A stretch of DNA of 64,000 nt from Bigelowiella natans CCMP2755 (GCA_000320545.1 ADNK01000533.1:12296-76295), one strand, 5' to 3'. Shown: positions 52,456-64,000, counted from the first letter of the stretch. The notes: generated by a model not told the origin, from the letters alone. Made by a program: numbers and translations.

Positions 52456-52839
52456 TCTGTGAACAGCAAACACCGGCGGTTACCAGCGAAAACAGTGAGC
52501 ATAGTTGAGCTTTTGAGTTAAATTGCCCCTGTGCCGTGACCCGAAAACCCTTCTTGCTGTCGACTTGGAAGGGAAACATCTGTGTGCTTTCAGCCGAGTC
52601 ACTTTCTCCTTGAACACTTCCTTCCAAATACCGTGCCAAAAAATCTCGAGAAATGGATGCAGTTTCTCTTGTAGAACGGCGGATGAAGGGAGTAGAATCT
52701 CATTTTGCGCCATTGGGTTCCGTCGGCCATCGGAAATCCGCCTGCATTTCTGTGCTCGTGCCAGTTTCGGAGGAAAGATTTGCAGATGAAAATTTTCCTT
52801 CTCCTGCGAGCATCAATCTTCGGGGGGTACCTTGATGAC

Positions 52840-54960
52840 AGACCGGCGACACCACGGTTTTGTTGCCTGAATGTCATCCCTACGACATGGTTTGTTTCAT
52901 TGCCGCATCTGCGAATTCACGTTAGGGTTGGTGTTGAAAATGCGTGCTCCAATGCTCTTGCATCTTGCCATCATTCTCACATGACATGACTTTTGCTGGA
53001 CATTTTGTTGAACACGACTCTTGGAGTCTTGCTGGCTTGAGTCCTGGTTCACGAGTGTGGCAGTTGCTGGAAAACGAGCTTCATGAACGAACTCGGGCTG
53101 GTGCAGAGCACGTCAACGCTCTCACCTTCAATTCGCTCTTGCCAGCTTGCCCAGTTGCGAACAGGCTGGCAGGCACAGGCACAAACGATTCTCTCACGCA
53201 CCACCACCAAACCCGACGTTTGCGTCCAACACACACCAGGACAGAGTGAAGTGTCAGAGTGATTGGAATTTCGTAGTTGTTGTTTTCCAAAACTTCGTTT
53301 TCGTTCCGAAGAACGAAGAACACCCACGTGCACAGCTTTGGCACTCCAATGCTGCCAGGTTGCTGCGATCACTTTGTTTGCTGACCTTCCAGTGTGGTCG
53401 GTCAGCCAATTGCATCCAGCCTTGGAAACAACGCGTGGTGTGCGAGCCACTTGCACTGCAAGAACACGAACGGCAATCACATGGTTGCTGTGCATCAGCA
53501 ATGCATTGCCAGGTTGCTGTTTTTTGAAGCAACGACATTGCTGCACGTCAGCAAAACGTTGCCACGTTCAGCAATGGAACTGCCAGACAGGCATCAGCAA
53601 CACATTGCTGTCAGTGCGATGAGCAATGCAATGCTGCTCGAGCTAGCAATGTCATTGCTGTCACCAGCCCAACAAGTGAGCGATCTAGCGACACATGAGC
53701 AGCTGGCCAGCACAAAGTTGTCATTGTTGCGTGCTGACATGCCAGCATGGCTGAGCGACACATCACTTCGTTGACGACAGTGGCAACAAACTCACCATTG
53801 TTCAGTGTGCAATGAGATTCAATGCCAGAATGCATGCACAAGTGACGCACAGCTAGCTGCAGACAGTGACACATTCTGGCATTGCTGGATTGATTGCCAC
53901 AAAACCCAATGACAGCACTCTGGCATTGTTTGCACATTGTTCAATGTGCTCGACACATTGATGAATCGTCCGCCAATGACACACACGTCGCATCGCATGC
54001 ATGTGTGTTTTGTGCAATGACCACACGCACGTCCATTTCTTTTTGATTTCCTCGTTGCCTTTCCTGTTCCCTCATTGAGCGCTCGTTTGATTGTCACTTT
54101 GTTGTTGCCTGCCAGCCTGCCAGCCTGCGTTTTTCGAAGAATGCTGATTGCGGTGAGATGAAGGCTCATCATTGTCACTGCTTTCCAGGATGTGCATCTT
54201 TTCATTCAGCGTTCTTTGCTGCTCTCCAGAATTGTTTTCTTCGCAGCTTCCCGTGCTTCATCCTTCCTCTTTGAAGGCTTGTTGTCTTCACTGCCACTGC
54301 TTTCTTCGAAAGTGTCATCAACAACACTTCTCCACTCCTCTTCGCACAGTGAAGCCATCTCTCTGCATCTTTTTGAATCTCCACCCAGGTCTCCAGCTCT
54401 GGAGCTGACTGGCCATTCTGCATTGCACACAACTTCTAGACTTGCGTGTTTGCACGATTTGCAGATGCACATTCTGGCATTGCTAGGTTGCACGCAGCAG
54501 CGTTTGTGGAAGCACCAGAGCAGTGTGCAGCGCTGCAGGCTACAGGCATCCATTTCAAAGCATTGCCTAGCTAGCTAGCATGATTGCATCAACCCGCATC
54601 TCGCTAGCTAGCGCTAGCTAGCTCGACAATCTAGCAATGCGCACACACACCTAGACATCCTAGCTAGCGTGGCTAGATGGCCACCACCGGACCATTTGTT
54701 GCTAGTTTGAAGTTGCATTCGGTCTTGTTGGCTGGGCAGCAAGCACGACACGCATCGCACACAAAAGCCCTTGCTAGCTTGCACTAGTAGCTCTGTCATG
54801 GTGTCTGCTGTGATGCGCTAGCTAGCCTGATCTGGTGATCGATGGGATCAAACATGGAGCTGAGCTAGTGAGGAGCTTTTTGAATTTTGATGCAGAATGG
54901 CAAATGACATGAGCGTTAAACCTGATGGTGAATGTCTAGATGTGACTGACACGTGTCCTT
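52840..54960. mobile_element. Degenerate TpA-erased repeat, probable transposon relic
   Basis: Almost no TpA. Minus-strand remnant RACGHCTKHTCMRCDVC resembles a transposase Cys-rich tail. GCTAGC clusters at 54560-54870. Confidence 0.5.
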
Positions 54961-54971
54961 TGTTTCTTGAT

Positions 54972-55070
54972 CATAGACATGTAATACGACATGTGTAATT
55001 AACATCACATTACTGCGGATACTTATTATAGACATGTAATACGATATATATAATGTATATCACATCACTG
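54972..55070. repeat. Two 44-bp diverged tandem copies
   Basis: catagacatgtaatacgacatgtgtaat.. (54972) and tatagacatgtaatacgatatatataat.. (55027). Confidence 0.85.
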
Positions 55071-56460
55071 TGTCCATCATCTTGATGCAAACATGCCAGC
55101 ATGCGCTAGTGCGCACAATGCTGCAAATCCGGGAGGATGACAATGTGCTCCTGAAACAATCTCAGGTGCATGTGGATTTGAAAAGAATTGAATGGTTCGT
55201 CATCATGGGACATCGGAAAACTTTAGAACTGCCTTGCCGTTTTCATCAGGAGAATTTGATTGAGATCTTCGGTGTGCGTTTGTTGCGAGGGGATGAATTT
55301 TTAGTTTCGCTGGGTCTTTTAGGGGAAACTGATCGAGATCTTAGATGTCTGTGCTTCATGCGTTTGTGAGGTGATGAATCTCTTATCTTGACAGGCTTCC
55401 CAGGACGATTTGATCGAGATCTTCGATGCACATTCTTCACACACTTTGCAGTACGACATGCTTGCTTTCCTTCGAAGGTTAGCTTGATGGGAAGCAAAGA
55501 GCGGTAGAACTCGACTAATTTCGGTGCACGAACAAGATAAGGCATATTCAGACATGATCCAGTTTTTGAGGCCTTTGCAATCATTTTCATGGGACGATGT
55601 ACAAGTATATCTGATGTGTCTTCTAGACGCCTGCGAAACTCTATTTTTGGGATTTCGACCTGTGCATTTGAACATACTCTCAACCATGCCATCGATGAAA
55701 ATTTGATTTTGCATTCAGTACTATTTTGTCGATAGGAGAAATATTCTTCCGCTTTAGGCTTCGGATCCTCCGTCTTTTGTCAGGTGTATTCGGCTGCACC
55801 CGCAGCCTCTCAGCTAACTTTGGTAGGGGCTGGATCTCGTCTTTCATCTGCAAAATGTGCTGTTACTCGCAGAGTGTGGAACCTGAATTTATTGAATTAT
55901 TATACCTTAGACTGCTTCCGGTCTGCCGGTCTGATCTATTCTCCTCTTGACAGAATGAATTATCACTCCTTGACATGTAAAAGCGACCGTGGATTCGGCA
56001 CCGAATGTGGCGTTTCCGAATCCTGGACTGCAAAAAAGTGTAGAAATCTGTGCATTGTCCTTGTCGTATTCTAGAGATGCGAGCACTTCCGGCTTTCGCT
56101 CGCTTGCTACATGTATGCATGCAGCACAGGAAATGCACATTGGAATATGAATTGGTTTCTTGCATGGAAGAAGAGAAAGGAAAAGTTTTGCGCTGCGCGT
56201 GTGCCGGTGCCACGTGGACAGAAGGGCTCCAAACAGGCGAAAATAGCCAAACACACGCATCTCATTGGCATTTAATGGCTGAGACAACCCGAAATGGCGA
56301 TCGGCAGAGCATTTAGCAGGCAAAGATCACACGATTTTGGATTCGAAGGGAAAATGCTGAAAACATTTCTTGATTTCACACTGTTCTCCTATGACGCAAG
56401 TCGGTTTTCGCTTTTAACGGGAAGTACATCTCGAGGAAGAAATTAATCTGAGGTTTTACC

Positions 56461-57718
56461 ATGAGCGTGGACGAACACTGGAGGGATAAGGTTGGGAAAT
56501 CACTGGCAAGGCCTCGGACATGATAATTTATTATGAATTACTTTATGATGTTTGTAGCCTATAAATTAATCTAATCAGGAGCTGTCGGGGCTGGAATGAA
56601 CTACGAGGAAAGATAGATCTCCTCCTCATGGATCGAAAGGTCGATCGATATCAGCACGGCACCAATGAGCCAGTGTCCTTGAGAGAACTGATGTGTTACT
56701 GCCTGACCCCAAGTGTGAGTGAAAGACAGAGCAGGAAAGGGGAAGAGGATAATGTTTGACTCGATGAGTATTGCTTATTTCTACTATTACAACTCGAACG
56801 TATCAATCTCTATAAGCTCACCGTCCGATTACTGCAGGATGAAAGACATCTGCAGGAGAAGAAATGGCTGGCCCTACCTACGGAGAGTGCCGACCGGGTA
56901 GATGTATATAACTTTTGGATGAGGGACGAATGAAAGATAAACGGCGGATGCATACCTACACTCTCGGTCAGGTTCGATCTGTCTTGAAGAGCGTCTCCGA
57001 GCGGCGCATGCTCCTAAGGTGGGACTCAAGAACACACGTTCCTTCCTGCGTTTACACATATGCAGATGGCGGGTCAATAAGGGATTTGATAACTGACCCT
57101 AACTGATAATCGTCTTAGGGTTCTTCAGTGGAGAAATGCCCCGGATCAGACTCTCAGGGTATTCTTTTTTCTAAAAATAAAACAAACACTTGGACCATTT
57201 TGCATATCCTTCGCCATCATCATTGCAATACCACGTACATATCAAAGGCTCTATACGACGTGTTCAAACGGGCTGGTAGAGCCCAAGAACTCATGAGGTA
57301 GCCTACACAAACATGACTTCCGAATTAAGCTTCGGTCGTATGCGCGTGTGCATTATTACTATTATCATCATCATTGTTGCTGTCATTATCGTATACATTT
57401 GTGTGTGCGAGTGACCGTGTGGGTAACACTACATGTAATCCTTCAATGTGTCACAAGTAAGAAAGGCGTATATGTGGTGATATGGTGCCGTAAATACACC
57501 ACTCATTTTCGAATTGCATACAAGTTTCATCAAGAGCTTTTCTTCGTAGCGCTCTTGACAACTTTGCTGTGATTCACCACGTAGGGATACAGTAGAGCTG
57601 GAACTTGAACACGTCTGCGATAATCATACATTGATTTTAAGGTCTTGCACATGGGATAGTCCCGATCCAAATATATGTGTGGATGTTATATATTTTATTA
57701 TTTTTATCAAAACACACG

Positions 57719-57773
<55 letters not shown>

Positions 57774-59096
57774 ATATCTGTGTGTGTGCGTATTTGTATT
57801 TTTGCATGTCTATATATATAAAATATTTCAGGGGCAACAATGCATTCGCGCGGCTTGCGATGATCGGATTAGAAGGGTAGCCTTCACACACAATCACGTA
57901 CGATGGAATCGTGTCATGCCGAAACTGACAGTACCCATTCCTTTTGTTTCAACGCCACGCAAGATGCACGGAGAGGGTGTCGAAGTCCATTTCTCCCGTT
58001 GTGTCACAGTATCTCAGAGAAGCTTCCGAAGGTGTGTGCGAAGTGTGTGCGTCGTCGATCTTCCTTCCTTCTCTAAGCGTGGAGACGATGACGGATTGCT
58101 GATCTTGTGCGATGGTGAGGAGTTCTTTATGATAACTATTGAACAAAATAATTCCCAAAGGCCAAGAAAGTAAAATCATCCAGCGGTATTGCGACAAGGT
58201 TATAACCCTCCCCCCCGTCTCCCTTCCGCCCGCCTTCCTCCCCCCCCCCCCCTTCCAGGCGAGGTAGTTTTGAACACTTGATTGCTCTGACTGCAGATCA
58301 TAGAGTCAACTCTGGCCGCGGTTCGATGTGGCGATATATTTGAGGTGTACCCTGTCATGATTCACATAAATTGTCTGTTGATCTTTCTGTGGACCAAACT
58401 CAAGCGTTTTCATCCTTCCATCTCCCCCCCCCCCCCCCTCCCCCTCCTCTTCCTCCTCTCCGAACTTATAGGAATTAATGGCTGTGCTAGTTGCGGAAAC
58501 GAAAGCGAGGTAGGATTTGACAACTCCGCACAACGTCGCACACATTTTGGTCTTCATCGATTTCTTAAAGCTGGCTCGTCATAAATCATACTAAGGGCGA
58601 TGGGTCACAGTGCATCTTCTCCTCCTTATCATCACCCACACCGTAAATACCACCTAGGTATCCTGGAAAGGAATTGCAAATCGGTGCCGGATTGATATCT
58701 TTGCGTATCGTCTGCCCCCTGGTCGTGACATATAGAGAGGTCCTCCATCAGCCCCTTCCGGTATTATTATAGGTGATAGGTGTCGTCGCAAATTAGCAAT
58801 CTATCTGAAAGATCTATCGATGCTGTAAACTCCATGGCTTTAGTTCTGTAGCACTGCTTGTGTTCGTGTTTCAGAGCAAAAACTGTCATCAGCATTTCAC
58901 GAGTCGCAATTGTCCAAGCGGGCAACTCGACTCGATCTCAGCTATTAACAATGTTTTCCTCCATGTTATCAACTGCACTGGACAGAGGCATTCGTTCACA
59001 TGTGCTACTTTTCAGTCTCCTCAGATTTGTTCTTCTTCTCCTCCTTCTCCTTCCCCCTCCTCCTTTCCTTCTTGCCTCCTCCTCCTCATCATCTTT

Positions 59097-59130
<34 letters not shown>

Positions 59131-60375
59131 GTGTTCCTGATGCCTTTTCATCACGCATGCTAACTCGTCCTTCCTTCATGGTCCTGGAAAAACAAGGAAA
59201 TTCAACGGAAGCAACTGCTGAATCTATCTAAGGTGTGGTGGGAGTAGCAGCAGTAGTCGTAAGATCGCAACCGATTCTTTCTCTTCGAGTTGTGTACTTC
59301 TCCCCCCCCTCTTGCTGTGTATGTCGTGACACAATATCGCCATTCAATCGTTCATTCTCACGCACAGGCGGTGCAGAAGGCGTTCAAGCCGAGCAGCAGC
59401 AGCCGTAGAAGAAGAGGTGACAACGGTGGTGGCGGTGGCAGTGGTGGTAGTACGCTGAAAGAAGGAGAGGGATCGACAAAGACTGAGGCCGTTCAAAGGT
59501 CGGTTGTGGCGTGCGTTGTTACGCTTATAAACAAAAGAAAAAAGAAGAAAAGAGATGAAACACCCTCTTTCTCTTTCCTTCTCCCTATCCTCATCATCCT
59601 CGCAAAGCAGCTGAGAAGTGGTCATTTGTAATGGTGTTAGCTACCTCTTGTCCCTAGCCGGAGAGGGGGGTCATGGAGGCAGCAGCAGTAGCGAAGTGGC
59701 TCGTGCCCCCTCTGGTCAAAAGCTCCTAGGAAGAGGAAGTTCAGAAGAAGTAACAGATCATAATGGTAACGACCAAGGGGAGGAAATATCAGAGATCCAG
59801 AGTATTCGCAGAGACCACAGCAATGAGGAGGAGGAGGAGGACGGTGACGGCGATGGCAAGGATGCGAAGAGCATCGAGTGGGGGAAGGACATGGAAGCTG
59901 TTGCGACGTATTTAGATAGGCTCAAGCAGGTTACTCTGAGAGTTGCGTGCACATTGCAATATGGATTAGTAGAAGTAGGAGTGGTAGTCGTAGTCGCTTC
60001 ATCAGTGGTGTTTCAGCATCTCGTCATGTAGTCTTCGCTGTGTTCTGATTGAAATAACACATATTCCGTGCACGCAGCCAAGCACTTCATCACCGGAGTC
60101 TCTGATCAAGATCCAGAATTGGATGTCATCGTTGAGCCCTTGGAGCAATGGCCCGTCATCAGAGACTGTCATATACGGTTAAAACTAGAGAAAACCGCTT
60201 CATGGAAATTGTGTGTGGCAGTAGCTGCAGAGGTGGGCTGAATTATATATGTCACCCCCCTTCCCCTTCTTATCCTTAGGGTCTATCTTCATGGCCGTTT
60301 TGTTCATGTTCGTGGTGCGGATATGGGCCACGGCCCATTTTGAGGGCTTTGGCAGTGGAGAATGAATCATGCTAG
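56461..60375 (+). CDS. Hypothetical multi-exon protein (many micro-exons)
   Basis: Series of short AG..GT-bounded open segments (e.g. GKIDLLLMDRK, EKKWLALPTESADR, ALYDVFKRAGRAQELMR, MEAVATYLDRLKQ) separated by microsatellite introns; family not recognised. Confidence 0.45.
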
Positions 60376-60549
60376 CATGTCCTACGAGGTATATGTCTGT
60401 CGTCGTATGCGTACACACTTCGCAACGTTTGTGCCGCTACCACCTGAACTGCTACATGGCCTGCCGGCACCCTGGCTACATCGCCTTCCATGTAATGATG
60501 GTAGTTGCGCTTAAATTAAACCGCGAGCCAGAAAAATAATTTGTCTATT

Positions 60550-61607
60550 GCATGATGCGTTTACTTGGTAATCATGCCAAGTGCTTGGATTCACACAAGC
60601 TAGCAAGCATGTCATGGTTGCTAAACATTGCGTTGCGCAGCGTGCAAATCAAAGTCGCACAGACCGCCGGTCCTCAAGTGGCGACACGGTTCATCCTCAC
60701 ATCCTGCGCATCACTTCGAAAGAAAGAAAGAAAGAAACTTTGTTGATTGCATCGATCACACTTCCAAAGCGTTCTAGCGTTGCATGGTCGACACTTGCAA
60801 AGTGCGAAACCCAGTGCCTCGAGCTGAAAACAATGACGAGAATTCATTGGCAAACAAACAAACAAACAAACGTGATGAAGAAATGCATTTCCAAACAGTT
60901 CCAAGAAACTTGCACAGCACGAAACGCAGTGCCTCGAACCAGCTTTGTTGGTGAGGACTGACTGGTGTGATGAAAACCAGCATGCAAGCATGGCACAAAA
61001 TTTGTGAAATGTGCATGGCTGCAAGGTGGCAGCACAACGAGCTGTGGTTCAGGCTGGCTAGCTAGCAAGGGTCAAGAAGAACAACGCAGCGCATTCCGTT
61101 GATTCTGACAGGAACTTCCCAAAGGCTTGGGTGTGCATGGCTGCAAGGTGTGCTGCGAGCTAGCGAAGCTAGCAAGGGTCAAGAAGAACAACGCAGCGCA
61201 TCCATCCTGACCAGGAACTTCCCAAAGGCTTGGGTGTGCAGGTGTGTGAACACCTTGTGACACGCTTGCAAGCTTGCGCCATTGCTTTGTGTTGGCCAGA
61301 GATGACTTCTGCTCAAGGGGGTTTCACTCCCCCGGGTTTTGGTCCGTGTCATGCTCGGAATCCAATCCAAACTTCTTCCGAAGCACCACAGAAGACTTCT
61401 GGACGTGTGAGAAGGTCCAGAATTGTCCAGAAAGGGGTGCAAAAAAGTGGATTTTCAAGGAAAAAAATCGAGGGCAAAAACTTTGGGTGCCGCGGAAAGG
61501 GTCCACTTTGCGTGTTGGCTCAAAAAAACATGCTCAGAGGCCGTGTCAACAGCAACTCCATCACCTCCAGAAGTTCCACTCCAAAGTTCGCAAAATTGAA
61601 CGTTTCC
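60550..61607. repeat. TpA-erased degenerate repeat with an internal ~110-bp tandem duplication
   Basis: gctagcaagggtcaagaagaacaacgcagcgcat..caggaacttcccaaaggcttgggtgtgca occurs twice (about 61061 and 61168). Confidence 0.7.
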
Positions 61608-61933
61608 TGTAGCGCGTACCACTACGCGGGCACAAGTCACGTGCGACAACAAAGGGGTTGTCGCGGATATAGAATATAGATAACGTAGATATTAATACAG
61701 CATGGGCACGTGGGTTCCGGCGGGACTCATGGCAGCACACCGGAAGTGTGCTGCCCCACGTGCGGCGGCATTCGCGAAAGCTTCGCGAATGATTACGCAG
61801 TGCACGATTTAATAAAAATATAATCTTTAATAAAAATAAACACAACTCTTCAAAAGGAAGCAAACGTGCCTTCCCCCCCCCCTGCCTACTTGTGCACGTA
61901 GCGCCTCGGCCTGTGAACACCTTACGCGCAACA
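61608..61933 (+). mobile_element. 5' LTR of a Ty3/Gypsy-like retrotransposon
   Basis: Starts TGTAGCGCGTA and ends TACGCGCAACA (10/11 inverted match, TG..CA termini). Contains AATAAA and is followed by a PBS-like site and gag. Confidence 0.8.
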
Positions 61934-61938
61934 ACCTT

Positions 61939-61955
61939 TGGCTTCCACACACGGG
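61939..61955 (+). promoter_or_regulatory. Putative primer-binding site
   Basis: TGGCTTCCACACACGGG lies 5 bp after the LTR; it would pair with a tRNA ending ..GGAAGCCA. Confidence 0.55.
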
Positions 61956-61972
61956 AAACGATTTGACTAACA

Positions 61973-64000
61973 ATGTCACAGCAGCTAGAAGAACAGCAGG
62001 ACTTTGGCTCGCAGGCCGTGCAAGGGCACGAGCAGAAACAGGAAAGGAAGGGCGATACGGACGCTAAGGAAGGAGGAGGAACACCTCCACAGGCACCGCC
62101 GGGACCAGCACCCGGGATTAAGAAAGCAGATGCAGCAGAAGAGGCACTGGAGAACTTCTACGAGGCGGACGACGAGGACGTGGCCGCCGAAAGCAAGAAG
62201 GTCGTAATGGCATTACGAGCCTTGCGACCCAGGGCGAGCAACTACGCCAAACTGAAAGTATCGATAGAATACAAGTATCAGACACATGATGTTTGGGCAG
62301 CTATCATGCAGGACATCATGGATTACGAAGCAGACTTACCTCCAGAGTGGGCAGCTTTGTTTAGGAACGACGGGGGTCTGGGCGCCTCGCGGGGGACGAC
62401 CCAGAGCACCGTCAAGCAGCAGCAGCCGGTACAGCGGAACACCCAGTTCATGTCTGTTAAAACAGCACCGGTTATGATAACGAAATACAACGGGAAAAGA
62501 GGTGAGGCAAGGAGGTGGTGGAAGAACGCTAGGAGTATACTCTGCGACTTTACCCCTAACCCCACCGAAAACGACAAGCTCAAATGGCTAGCTATAATAA
62601 AGCAAGCCATGGACCTTTACGAGACAGGCAGGACCCGGATCAGGCAGCTAGAGAAAATACACACTACAGTTAGTGGGCTACGAGACGTTGAGGCGATAAT
62701 GAAGGCTTTTGTAAATGAACAGGATGCTAACTCCCTACCCCAGGCTATTAGAAAATACAGAGCAATGATGCAGCATGAGAGAGAACCTGTTAGAGACTTT
62801 GCCACGCGCTTCCAGGATATGATCGACGAACTACATGATTTTAATTACAACACAGGTGATGATCAGGCAAGGTTTGAAGAGTTCAAGTTAAAGATAAAGG
62901 AATCCACTTACGTTACGGAGAAAGGCTACACCACGATGGAGGCAGCAGTGCAGGCTATATCCCTACGCGAGCAGGAGCAGGACCGCAAGTTTACCAGCCC
63001 TAAGGTACCTGGCATAGGAAACATTAACGCTATTAAGCCGCAGCGAGACTGGTACAAGGACAGGGAAGGTAACCGACGTTGCGGATACTGCTCACGTAAA
63101 GGGAAACACACCGCTAAAGACTGCAGAGACAGGAAAGAAGGACGACCCAGGATGACGATCAGGCAGCTCAACGAACACTACGAGAAGTTAAAGAGAAAGA
63201 AAGGCAGAGGACAAGGATATAACAACAGCAAATGGCAAGGCAGCAACAACGGGAAGAACAATAAATATAAGAACAAAAAGCAGAACAGTATCAATGCTAT
63301 ACAGCAGCAGATAAACGGAATATTAGATCACCTTAAGCAGGCGCCGACGAAGACAGCAGTACCAGCAACGCAGGACCAAGACAAGCCCATGACCCTAGAC
63401 GACATAAAGAACTTAGGAGTATGCAACATTAATGACGAAGACGCTAACAGGACTATCAAAGTTGCTATGACCAAGGTTAAAGTTAAAGACAGCTACGGAG
63501 ACTACAAGAAACTACCTGCCCTTTGGGATAGTGGCAGCATGCCGAAGTCCTTCATAAGCCTAAGCACAGTAAGAAGGTTAGGACTATTGGATCAAGTGAC
63601 TAAGAAAGAACGTAAATATGCTCAAGCAGACGGAAGCTCTTCCATGAAGACCGTCGGTGAGCTAATGCTAAAGCTACAGATACCTGGCAGCGACGCGGAG
63701 ACCCAAATCAAGACCCGAGTAGCCATGACTTTATCCATGGAACTACTCCTCGGACAGGATGCCCTAGAAAAATTAGGGGGGATCATATCATTCTACAATC
63801 ACAAGATATACTTTGCTAAGTTGCCAAAGAAGTCAGGCAGGACCATCAGCCAGAACATGATACGGCTTGACGAGTGGACCTCTGAGTCAAGCGTTAATGC
63901 GTTAGAGTTTATGGACCTAGCGGACAACAAGCTACCTACACCTACCGAGCTACGGAAGAAGAACCCCGGCAAGACCATCCGACAGATAACGGAGCTACTG
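61973..64000 (+). CDS. Gag-protease (gag-pol) polyprotein of the LTR element, open past the window end
   Basis: One frame from ATG 61973 contains the zinc knuckle CGYCSRKGKHTAKDC (about 63080) and the Gypsy-type protease ALWDSGS..SFIS..AQADGS..LLLGQDAL (about 63520-63790). Confidence 0.88.
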   Translation, partial: MSQQLEEQQDFGSQAVQGHEQKQERKGDTDAKEGGGTPPQAPPGPAPGIKKADAAEEALENFYEADDEDVAAESKKVVMALRALRPRASNYAKLKVSIEYKYQTHDVWAAIMQDIMDYEADLPPEWAALFRNDGGLGASRGTTQSTVKQQQPVQRNTQFMSVKTAPVMITKYNGKRGEARRWWKNARSILCDFTPNPTENDKLKWLAIIKQAMDLYETGRTRIRQLEKIHTTVSGLRDVEAIMKAFVNEQDANSLPQAIRKYRAMMQHEREPVRDFATRFQDMIDELHDFNYNTGDDQARFEEFKLKIKESTYVTEKGYTTMEAAVQAISLREQEQDRKFTSPKVPGIGNINAIKPQRDWYKDREGNRRCGYCSRKGKHTAKDCRDRKEGRPRMTIRQLNEHYEKLKRKKGRGQGYNNSKWQGSNNGKNNKYKNKKQNSINAIQQQINGILDHLKQAPTKTAVPATQDQDKPMTLDDIKNLGVCNINDEDANRTIKVAMTKVKVKDSYGDYKKLPALWDSGSMPKSFISLSTVRRLGLLDQVTKKERKYAQADGSSSMKTVGELMLKLQIPGSDAETQIKTRVAMTLSMELLLGQDALEKLGGIISFYNHKIYFAKLPKKSGRTISQNMIRLDEWTSESSVNALEFMDLADNKLPTPTELRKKNPGKTIRQITELL

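Noticed and set aside
52981-54540. CpG methylation decay or classical RIP as the cause of the CA/TG excess
   Set aside because: CpG remains common and TpA is lost rather than gained.
52944-54799. Dense overlapping ORFs on both strands
   Set aside because: A by-product of TpA loss, which removes TAA and most TAG stops. The peptides are nearly Tyr-free with no coherent domain.
55246-56323. Minus-strand ORF fragments
   Set aside because: In-frame stops and no recognisable domain; a gene cannot be distinguished from a relic.
60077-60375. ZW10-like C-terminus for the hypothetical gene
   Set aside because: The resemblance is limited to a few residues (ILRAL) and the reading frame is ambiguous.
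1-64000. CRISPR arrays, tRNA or rRNA genes
   Set aside because: No regularly spaced repeat-spacer array or recognisable structural RNA gene was seen by eye. The recurring 20-mer is dispersed, not arrayed.

Overview
Intron-dense eukaryotic nuclear DNA from a protist. Microsatellite-filled introns and signal+transit-type presequences suggest an alga with a secondary plastid, probably a chlorarachniophyte (inference). Recognisable genes, in order: the 3' end of a MARCH6/Doa10 E3 ligase, an acyl-protein-thioesterase-like protein lacking its catalytic Ser, a 13-kb SPRY-SPRY-Clu-RCC1 gene, a retropepsin-like aspartic protease, a GGC1-type mitochondrial GTP/GDP carrier, a four-domain voltage-gated cation channel, prolyl-tRNA synthetase, an aquaglyceroporin, a permuted NlpC/P60-like protein, a PLOD-type glycosyltransferase and some hypothetical genes. 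Mobile DNA comprises a 5'-truncation series of one non-LTR element and the start of an intact-looking Ty3/Gypsy element. The most striking signal is in old repeat and intergenic tracts, where TpA is almost erased (hand count: 6 in 1560 bp and 7 in about 1 kb). Nearly all surviving TpA lie in CTAG, CpG is retained, and paired repeat copies differ by TA versus CA/TG. This looks like a repeat-directed A:T>G:C hypermutation running opposite to fungal RIP. The second highlight is the channel's unusual S/D/S/D selectivity filter. Exon models and counts were made by eye, and no database searches were run.
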